Made by a program: the position numbers and the translations under genes | Notes under the pieces: model-generated | What the model saw: the letters and a program-made list of their open reading frames with translations, nothing else | What the model was told of the DNA's origin: nothing | Databases searched by the model: none | In this document: positions 45,129-54,600 of the stretch, piece after piece | How positions within the stretch are numbered: the first letter of the stretch is position 1 | Layout: every line of letters begins with the position of its first letter | From: Myxococcota bacterium | GTDB lineage: Bacteria; Myxococcota_A; Polyangia; Nannocystales; Nannocystaceae | Length of the DNA: 64,000 nucleotides | Assembly: GCA_039028615.1 (NCBI GenBank) | Contig: JBCCHT010000025.1 | Span: forward strand, 64,001 to 128,000 | Direction: 5' to 3'

Positions 45129-48100
45129 ATGACCATCTACCGTAATCCCGTCGACGGGGCCAACATCCCCAAACGCCTCCCCTGCATCGATCTCGACCCC
45201 GAGACGGGCAAGCGCATCGGCAACGCGTGCAAGGCCAAGTGGGATGTGTACGAGGGCTCCTCGTTCAACTGTCCCAATCGCAGCGGCAGCGGGCGTTGCT
45301 CCAAGGCCGCCTTCCTCTACCCTCGCAAGCGTCGGAGCAACGGCAAGGACTTCCACTTTCACCAGGGCGTGGACATCGGCCGCACCATGGGCTTGCCCAT
45401 CCGCTCGGTCACCGCGGGCAAGGTCCTCGTCGCCATCGACAAGTGGGAGGGCAGCTGGAGTCACTACGGGCGCATCATCGTCATCGAGTCGAGCACCACG
45501 CCCTACTACTTCCTCTACGCCCACTGTGACACCGTGCTGGTGTCCAAGGGCGACATCGTCAAAGAGCGCCAGAAGATCGGCACCGTCGGCAATACCTTCT
45601 TCAGCAAGAAGTACCCCACGGGCACGTTCAGCTCCGCGCCGCACCTTCACTTCGAAGTGCTGGCGAGCATGAAGTCGAGCTACCTGCGTCGCGAGACGCA
45701 GCTCGGCGAAGACCTCACCCGCGAAGGCGGCAGCGACCAACCCCGGCTCGACCCGCGCTACATCCTCGAGCAGCTCGGCCCCTGGGGCATGAGCGCGGTG
45801 CACGTGCCCACGGGCGGCATGCTCGACCGCGAGCGCGCCGACCTGCTGCACGAGACCATCGAGTCCTCGCCCCACGGCGGCTTCTTTCCCTTCGGCGCGC
45901 ACAACCACTGGCACGGCGGTGTGCACCTGCCGGCCCCGCGCGGCAGCAAGATCGTCGCGCCCTTCGACGCCACCATCGTGGCCGCGCGGCTCGACCCCGA
46001 CCCCGCCACCGCGGTCACGCCCGACGGCAGCACCAACTTCATCCTGCTGCGCCACCAGATCCCCGAGCCCTTCTACGCCCAGTTCCAAGGCGACGCCCCC
46101 ACCGAAGATCCCAAGAAGCCCGGCGGCGCCGCCAAGGAAAAAGACCGCGCGGTGGGCCTCAAGACGCGCTGCGCCAACCTCCCCGACGACGTCCTGGTGG
46201 TCAAGCAACGGCTGCACGACAAGGGCTACTACAAGCCCAGCAAAGAGGCGCACCTCGTCGACCCCTCGCCGGGCTCCACCCTCAAGAAGGCGATCACGGC
46301 GTTCCAAGAGGCCGAGGTCGACGGCATCAAGCCCGATGGCGTCATCGACATCCCGGGCGGCAGCTGGACCGCGCTGCACGACGGCGCGCCGCCCGAGGAT
46401 CCCGAGCCCTCCGAAGAGCCCGAGCCCCAGCCCGACACCCCCACCGACCCCACGCGCGTCGTGTACTCGCTCATCATGCACCTCGACGCGGTGACCATCG
46501 ACGCCAAGCTGGCCAAGACCATCGAGTGGCTCAAAGAGGTCGAGATGGAGACGGATCCGTCCGTCCCCGACCCGGAGGAAGAAGAGGCCAAGAAGGCCAA
46601 AAAGGAGCACGAAGAAGACGTCGCCGAGGCCGAGCACACGCTGTCGGGGGCCGTGGGTGCGCCCAACAAAGACGGCGAAGAAGCGGCGAACGAGCCCGAC
46701 GACGTGACGTGGGTGCAAAAACGCCTCACGCGCTTCGAGTACTTCCACGGCGAGATCGACGGAGTGTGCGACGAGGCGCTCGTGCAGGCGATCCGCGACC
46801 TGCAAAACGACCACCACAACGCGTTCAAGAACGACGACAGCGGTGACGGCCGCGTCGACACCAACGGCGGCACGGTGGGCCTGCTGCGCCAGACCAAGAG
46901 CCAGCTGTTCGGCGGAGGCGGGGGCGGAGGCGGCTCGGTCGACCCGGTGTTCGTGCACCGCACGGCCATCCGCAACGAGCACGGCACGGCGCAGGTCATC
47001 ACCGGGCTCGACATCAAGGTCAGCAGCGGCGACGCCCTGTGGCTGTCCGGGCAGGGGGCGGGCTACAACGCCGACGGCACGGGCACCACGCTGGTCGACC
47101 AGGTCCACTGGGAGATCTTCTCCGAGCACCGCATCGACACCGACTGGGAGGAGCCCATCGACGACGACACGGACGACGTCACCGTCGATGCCGTCGACAA
47201 ACTGCTCGAGTTCATCGAAGAGGGCTCCCCCGAGCTCGAGCAGGACGGCATCCTCACCCCCGACGAGGTTCGGCGCTTCTACGCCAGCGGCCGCGGCGAG
47301 TTCCTGCGCTGGACCCCGTGCCGCTTCGTCAACCAGTGGTCCGTCGACGTCAGCGCAGCGGTGAAGAAGCTCGAAGAAAAGGGCTTCGACACCGACGGCC
47401 TGCCCGAGCGCATGTGGCCGTTCATGTGGTGGAACGACGCCGCCGACGAGCTGCCTTCGAACCGCTTCGTCTGGCACTACAACCCCGTCGAGTTCCTCGC
47501 CCGCTACTCCGAGTTCCTCGCCGCGGCTGGTCCCCCCGAGGACATCGACCCCAAGACGCACCCCACGCTGCGGGTCCGGGTGCTCTTCGACAACCACATG
47601 CCCATGCCCAACGTGGAGGTCGAGCTGCTCTACGGCATCCACGTCAAGCGCACCGTGTTCACCAACGACATGGGCATCGCCCGCTTCCCCGGGGTGGCCG
47701 TGGGCGAGTACGGCGTGCGCGTGGTCGAGCCCGCCCTGGCCCCCGTGGCCGTCGAGCTCAAGCCCGACGAGACCACCGAGATCGACATCGTCACCGACGA
47801 GCCCGGCCCGCCGCCGCCGCGGGGCTCCATCCAGGTCATCGTCCGCAAGCACACCAAGACCATCGCCGGCGACGACATCGAGGTCTGGCTCACCCACCCC
47901 GCGCACGGCCCCATCACCATGGACTTCACCAGCAAGGGCAAGGTGTGGTTCGAGAACATCCTGCAGGGGGAGTACGGCCTCGAGGTCGGCACCGCCGATC
48001 CGGTCGAGATCACCCTCGACAAGAAGAAAAAGAACATCACCGTGGTGCTACCGCCCCCTCCGGGCACGCTGCGGCTCGAGGTCGAGATCGACAAGGCCCC

Positions 48101-48563
48101 GGGGGCACGCCAGACGGTCACCATCACCAAGGACGGCAAAGACCTGGCCAACAAGGAGACCGGCGAAGACGGCGTGGTGGAGTTCGAGCTGCTCGAGGGG
48201 CGCTACAAGGCCTTCATCGGCAAGAACAAGAAGAGCGTCCGGGTCAACGGCCACGAGACGATGAAGTACAAGTGGAAGCTGTCCGCCAAGGACGCGCCCG
48301 AGCCCGCGCCCGAGGAAGAAGAGGGGCGCCTGTCGGTCATCCTGCGGAACTACTACGACGGGGAGCCCGTGACGCCCGCGGTGGTGTTCGTGACCAACAT
48401 GCTCGGAAGCAGCCCCGAGGTGCAGCAGGTCGACTACGACGGGGTGGCCACCTTCGAGCTGCCGCCGGGTGAGTACTTCATCGAGGCGGAAGGGGCGAGC
48501 GCATCGGCGGGGGTCGGCGCGTGGTCGACCACCTGGGTCGAGCTCGAAGTGGACTACGACTAA
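45129..48563 (+). CDS. Multidomain M23 peptidoglycan endopeptidase with two PG-binding domains, second M23-like domain and C-terminal beta-sandwich repeats
   Basis: HQGVD, YAHC, PHLHFEV; WHGGVHL...VHWEIFS; two DDVxxVxxRL...AIxxxQ...DG PG-binding units; no signal peptide. Confidence 0.85.
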   Translation: MTIYRNPVDGANIPKRLPCIDLDPETGKRIGNACKAKWDVYEGSSFNCPNRSGSGRCSKAAFLYPRKRRSNGKDFHFHQGVDIGRTMGLPIRSVTAGKVLVAIDKWEGSWSHYGRIIVIESSTTPYYFLYAHCDTVLVSKGDIVKERQKIGTVGNTFFSKKYPTGTFSSAPHLHFEVLASMKSSYLRRETQLGEDLTREGGSDQPRLDPRYILEQLGPWGMSAVHVPTGGMLDRERADLLHETIESSPHGGFFPFGAHNHWHGGVHLPAPRGSKIVAPFDATIVAARLDPDPATAVTPDGSTNFILLRHQIPEPFYAQFQGDAPTEDPKKPGGAAKEKDRAVGLKTRCANLPDDVLVVKQRLHDKGYYKPSKEAHLVDPSPGSTLKKAITAFQEAEVDGIKPDGVIDIPGGSWTALHDGAPPEDPEPSEEPEPQPDTPTDPTRVVYSLIMHLDAVTIDAKLAKTIEWLKEVEMETDPSVPDPEEEEAKKAKKEHEEDVAEAEHTLSGAVGAPNKDGEEAANEPDDVTWVQKRLTRFEYFHGEIDGVCDEALVQAIRDLQNDHHNAFKNDDSGDGRVDTNGGTVGLLRQTKSQLFGGGGGGGGSVDPVFVHRTAIRNEHGTAQVITGLDIKVSSGDALWLSGQGAGYNADGTGTTLVDQVHWEIFSEHRIDTDWEEPIDDDTDDVTVDAVDKLLEFIEEGSPELEQDGILTPDEVRRFYASGRGEFLRWTPCRFVNQWSVDVSAAVKKLEEKGFDTDGLPERMWPFMWWNDAADELPSNRFVWHYNPVEFLARYSEFLAAAGPPEDIDPKTHPTLRVRVLFDNHMPMPNVEVELLYGIHVKRTVFTNDMGIARFPGVAVGEYGVRVVEPALAPVAVELKPDETTEIDIVTDEPGPPPPRGSIQVIVRKHTKTIAGDDIEVWLTHPAHGPITMDFTSKGKVWFENILQGEYGLEVGTADPVEITLDKKKKNITVVLPPPPGTLRLEVEIDKAPGARQTVTITKDGKDLANKETGEDGVVEFELLEGRYKAFIGKNKKSVRVNGHETMKYKWKLSAKDAPEPAPEEEEGRLSVILRNYYDGEPVTPAVVFVTNMLGSSPEVQQVDYDGVATFELPPGEYFIEAEGASASAGVGAWSTTWVELEVDYD

Positions 48564-48669
48564 AACGACCGGTGGCGGCCCATCGAGGCCGCCACCGCCG
48601 ATCTCGCGAACGAGACTCGACACGCTTCCGCTCCCACCAGCCCAAGGCCGGGGGAGCGGCAGCGCCAGT

Positions 48670-51600
48670 TCACCGCGTACGGCGTCGACGGCCGCGGCGG
48701 AGCAGCAGCATGCCCATCAGCAGCAGGAAGGCGCGCGGGCCTCCGCTGCTGTTGCCGGTCTTGCAGCTGTTGCAGCCCTCGTCCACCGCGGAGGCGTTGG
48801 GCGAGGAGTCCCCGGTGGAGCCGGTCGCCCCGTCGTCCGAGCCGCTGCCCGTGTCGGTGCCGCTGCCCGTGCCTTCGGTGTCGCTGCCCGCGGTGGTGTC
48901 CGCGGGCGACTCGGTGTCGGACCCGGTGCCGTCGGGGGTGTCGGTGGTGCCGTCCGACTCGCCACGGCTGGTGGAGCCGCCTTCGTCGGTCGAGCCGCCT
49001 TCGTCGGTCGAGCCGCCTTCGCTGCTGCCCGACTCGCCCCCATCCGTGGTTCCCGAGCTGCTCGACTCCCCACCATCGGTGGTTCCCGAGCTGCTCGACT
49101 CGCCACCGTCCGTGGTCCCCGAACTGCTCTCGCCGCCCGTGGTCCCCGAGCTGCTCGACTCGCCACCGTCCGTGGTCCCCGAGCTGCTCGACTCGCCGCC
49201 ATCCGTGGTGCCCGAGCTCCCCGAGCTCCCCATCATCCCTTCGACGGTGAACTCGTGGTAGTCGACGTCGGGCGCATCCAGCGGGTGCGTCTGGGCCAGC
49301 TGCGCGACCGTCGAGTCGACGGCCTCGATGTAGTAGTCCACGCCGGGCGGCAGCACGAACGCGGCATCGATCTCCGCCTCGTGGGTGTCGCCGACGGTCT
49401 GCGGCATGTCGACGCTCGTCCACATCCCCATGCCGGAGGTGCGGTAGTAGAGCGTCACGCTGGTCAGCCCGGTGGCGTCGGTGATGTCGGCGGTGACCGT
49501 CACCCCGAAGCCCTCCTCCTGACCGTCCACGATCGGGGTGTGGACGATGACGGGCGGGTCGACGTCGATGGGTCCGACGTCGAAGTCGTAGAGGACACCG
49601 GGTGCACCGAGCGGCGCGAAGCCGGTGTTGGAGCCGCCAAACGCGAGGTCGGTGGCCTGGATGTAGTACTCGACGGCCGGCAGGGCGACCGCGCCCCCGG
49701 GAATCGTGCCCGAGTAGAGACCGCCGCCCACCAGGGGCATGGCGGCCGCCACGAAGGGCCCACCACCCGCGGTGCGGTAGTACAGCAGCACCGAGTCGAC
49801 ACCGGAGGGATCGGCCACGGTGGCCTCGATCGTCACTGGCATCCCCTCGAGCTGACCGTCGGTGATCTCCACGTGGCTGATCGCCGGGGGATCGACGTCC
49901 TGGTCGATGACCTCGACGTTGTGCCAGGTCGCCGGAGCGGTGCCCGGGTCCCACGACTGGTTACCCAGGGTGTCCTGAGCCGAGATGTAGTAGTCGACCC
50001 CGGGCGCCACGACAGAGGGAATCTCCGCCGACCACAGGCCCGCGCCGAAGTTGGTCATCGCGATCTCGGTGAAGACCCCGGCGCCCTCGTCTCGCCACCA
50101 GACCGAGGCACTATCGACCCCGGCCCCGTCGTTGAGCGTGGCCTGCACGACCACGTTCGAGCCGCTGAGCACGGGGCCCATCACCGGCGTATGCGCGATG
50201 GTGGGACCGGCCGTGTCGTTGGTGTCGACCGTGAAGGACAGCGGGGCGCCTGCCCCACCGGCCGGCGCAACGCCGACGTTGGCGGCCGGCGACGCGTCGG
50301 TCGCCAGCACGTAGTACTCCATCAACGGAACCTCGACGTCCCCGGCGGGGATCGTCGCCTCCCAGTTGTCGCCCACCGTGTTCGCGAAGGGCACGGGGCT
50401 GAAGTTGCCGCCCTGCACGCGATAGAAGAGCGTCGCGCTGGCGACCCCGCTCGGGTCGGTGATCGAGGCATCGACGGTGACCGCGACCCCCTCGAGCTGG
50501 CCGTTGGGGACCGGCGCGATCAGGATCGTCGGCGGGTCGACATCGGGCGGCGGGATCACGGTCACGGTGGTGACCGCGGAGGTTCCCGTGTTGAGGTTCC
50601 CGTCCACCGCCTCGGCGTAGATGTCCATCGACGGCGCCACCATGGCCGCACCGGGGATCACCGCGGTGTAGGGCCCGGCCCCCACCGCGGGGACGGAGGC
50701 GTACACGGCCTCGGCCGTCTCTTTGTAGTAGACGGCGACCGAGGTGATCCCGGATTCGGCGTCCGTGGCGTTGATGGTGACCAGCAGGTCGTCGCCCTCC
50801 ACGTGAGGCTCGGCGATCGGCTCGAGGGTCACGACCGGCGCGGTCGTATCGGGATAGATGACCGTGACCGGGTAGTCGGTCGCCGGAGCGCCGACCGGCA
50901 GCACGGACATGTTCCCCAGGCTATCGCTGACGTCGATGTAGTACCCGACGATCACCGTGCCGTCGGGGATCGAGCCCGCCGGAACCGTAGCCTGGTAGTC
51001 GTTCCCGCCGATGTTGGCCATCGGCGCGTCCGCGTACCCGCCACCATCGAGTCGCCACCGCACCACCGCGGTGTCGATCGGCGAGGCGTCGGTGAGCGTG
51101 GCCACCACCACCAGCGGATCGCCGAAGTCCAGCTCGGTGATCGCGGTGTGGGTGATGATCGGCCCCGTCATGTCCGCGGCGATCACGGTGAAGGTGTGCC
51201 AGCTGCTGAACGGGTCGGTGGACACGTTGGCCCCCGGCGACCCGTCGACCGCCTCGATGAAGTAGTCCACCCCCGCCGTGGTGACCGACGCCTCGGGGAT
51301 GCTGGACGTGTAGACGTCCCCGGCCCCCGCGACCATGGCCACGATGGTGAAGGTGGGTGCCCCCGCGATGCGGTAGTGCAGGTTCGCGGCCGTCACCCCG
51401 GAGGGGTCGACGATCGTGGCGCTGATCGGCACCGCCATGCCCTCGGTCTGGCCGTTGGGCACCTCGGTATGGACGATGGACGGGCCATCACCATCGACGG
51501 CGCCCACCGTGAACGAGTGGAACGAGCCCGGGGCCCCCACCGGATCGGAGGAGGAGTTGCCGAGCGTATCGTTGGCCTGGATGTAGTAGTCCACGCCCGG

Positions 51601-54600
51601 AGTCGACACCGCCCCCGAGGGGATGTCGGCCTCCCAGACATCGCCGCCCACGTTCGCCGCGTTGACGAACGAGAAGATCGGCAGCCCGCCTTGGGTGCGG
51701 TAGTAGACCCGCACGAAGGACAGACCCGAGACATCGGTGACCGTCGCGCTCACCGTCACCGCGGCGGCCGGAGCCTGACCGTTGGCGACGGGCGTGTGCA
51801 CGATGACCGGCCCTTCGGCGTCGACCGTGTCCACCGTGAAGGTGTGCACGGACGCAGGCGCACCCGCGGGGTCGGTGCCGAAGTTGGCCGACGTGTCGGA
51901 GGCCTCGATGTAGTAGTCGACCCCGGCTGCCGTCACGTCGATGCCCGGGATCTGAGCCTGCCACGTGTTGCCGCCGATGTTGGCCATGGCCGAGCTGCTG
52001 AACCCGGCCGCCCCGACGTCACGGTAGTAGACGGTGGCTGCCGCCACCCCGCTGGCGTCGATGATGTCCGCGGTGATCGTGACCGGGTTGCCCGCGATCT
52101 GGCCGTCCGCGATCGGCGTGTGGTTCATGGTGGGCGGGGTCGTGTCCGAGCCCGCGCCTTCGACGACGGTGAAGTCGTTGAGGATGATCGGCGCCCCGAT
52201 GGGGTGCGTGCTGACGTTGGGCACCGCGTTGGTGTCCGAGGCCTCGAGGTAGTACTCGATGCCGGGCGGGTTGACGTCCACGGCCGGGATGCTCGCCGAC
52301 CAGACATTGCCGCCGCCGTCGGACATGGCCAACACCGTGTACGGGTCGGCGCTGCCCAGCGTGCGGTAGTAGACGTAGGCCGACCCGACGCCGGTTGCAT
52401 CGGAGATGGTGGCCTGGATGTTGACCGGCGCGCCCTCGTTCTGGCCGTCGACGACCTCGGAGTGCACGATGTCGGGCGGGTTGTTCTCGGTGACGACCAG
52501 GAAGTCCCACACCGCCGCGGCCGGAGCTCCGGCCGGGGTGATGCTCGAGTTGCCGAGCGGGTCGTCGGCGACGATCCAGTACTCGACACCGGCCGTGGTG
52601 ACCGAGGCGCCGGGAATGACGCCGCTGTAGGTGTTGCCGCCAACCAGCGCCAGGGGCACGAAGCCGGCGCAGTTGGTCAGCTCGCCGATCGCCCGGTAGC
52701 AGGCGAAGGCCGAGTTGACGCCCGAGGGGTCGGTAATGTCCGCGACGATCGCGACGTCGTTGCCGGCGATCTGCCCGTCGGGGATCTCGGCATGGATCAC
52801 GTTGGGACCGGTGGTGTCCGCTCCCATGCCCGTGATGTGGGCCACCGTGGTGTCGACGTCGGTGAGCCCGACGTTGTCGGTGACGGTCAGGGTGACCGTG
52901 AAGTCGCCGACACTGTTGTAGGTGTACTGCGGGTTGGGATCGTTGGACGTACCGACTCCGTCGCCGAAGTCCCAGCTCCAGCTGACGATGGTGCCATCGC
53001 CGTCGGTGCTGGCCTCGTTGAAGTTGACCGGGTTACCGACGTCCTCGAACACCTCGACACCCGCATCCGCCACCGGGCGCATGTTCACGTCGAACTGCAC
53101 GCGGTGGTGATCCTCGGCGCCGTCGTTGTCGATGATCGTGATGTAGGCGAACTGCCCGTTGCCGTTGGTATCGAAGGTGTAGTTGGGCGACAGGCCCGCG
53201 ACGACCTCGCCCGTGCTCTCGATCGTCCAGTAGGCGGTGTCGATGGTGCCGTCGGGGTCCACCGCGGCCGAGCCGTCGAGCACGATCGGCTCGTTGTGCG
53301 GCTGAAGCACCGTGTCGGGGATGCCGTCCGCCCGCGGCTCCTGGTTGGCCGCCGGATCGAACTCGAACGCGCCCATGTCGGGGGCCGCCCCGATGGTCCG
53401 CGGGTTGCCCCGGATGTCCAGGGTCGGCAGGTTGGGCGCGGACGGATCACCGCCGTTGACCGCGAGCGACTCGGCCCACACCGCACCGTCCCACCAGCGA
53501 GGGAACGCCTCCCAGTCGTCGTCCTCGATCAGCGGGTCGATGAAGATGTTGCCGATGTTGTTGCTGCCCGAGGGCGCCTCGGCCCGGTTCGAGGTGTCGA
53601 AGAAGACGTTGCTACGGTGTCGCTGGGTCGACGAGGTCTCGCCGTAGATCGCGTAGGTGCGACTGTTGGCGATGATGTTGTTGTAGATGTCGTAGTTGCC
53701 CGACGAGCTCGTGTAGTAGATACCGTAGCGCTGGTTGACGATCGTATTGTTGATGATGTCGAGGTCGTTACCCGAGTTGGTGACCCGGATCCCGTACCCC
53801 GTGCCCGCGTAGTTTGCGTGGGTGATGTACGAGCTGCGGATCGTGCCATCACAGCCCCCCGTGAAGTACATCCCGTAAGCGTTGAGGCCGTCGCCAATGA
53901 TCGACACGCGCTCGATGTCGACGTCGTTCGTCGCGTTGTCCACGTCGGATCCGTAGATGCCGTACGCGTCGACGTAGAGCATCTCGGTATCGGAGATGAC
54001 CGGACCCGAGGGCCCCGTCATCCGGATACCGGTGTTCGGGTACTCGATGCGAACGTTGCTGACGTTGGAGGTACCCGCGTCGAAGAAGCGCAGGCCCTGC
54101 CAGTCGCTGGGCTCGGGGTTGATGGTGTCCGGCGCGAGCGTGATGGGTGCACCGCTGTCGTCGGTGACCAGGGTGCCGCCGCTCAGCACGCGAATCGCGG
54201 ACCGGGAGGAGACCTCGCCGCCTCCCATGTCGTCGCCATCGACCTGGAACAGCAGCACGGACCCCGGCTGTAGCGTCACGGTGGACCCGGTCGGGACGAT
54301 GATGTCCCCTGGGACCTGGTGGCTGCCCGCCAGGAAGGTATGGTCTTCCCAGAAGTAGCCCATCATCGGCACGGTCAGGTGACCAACATAGGGTTCGACG
54401 CCGATATAGCCATCGAGCCCCTGGTTGCGGTTGGGTGATCGCGACGTGGGCCGGTAGTCACCGCCCGCCAGGTCCGCGTACAGAGGGTTGTACCCAAAGC
54501 ACCCACTGCTATCGATGAGCCCGCCGTTGCCCCCGCCATTGCCCCAGCGGTTGGTGTCGTTGCAGTTGACCCCTCCACTGGTCGCCGAGCTCACGTTGTG

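Noticed and set aside
27584..47906. Other long ORFs: 27584-30610 minus, 35515-38571 plus, 42689-45136 minus, 45051-47906 minus
   Set aside because: Each lies antisense to genes with clear family motifs and shows none itself
48469..54273. 1934-aa plus-strand ORF
   Set aside because: Antisense shadow of the giant MYXO-CTERM gene; Arg/Gly/Val-rich with no motifs, as expected in high-GC DNA
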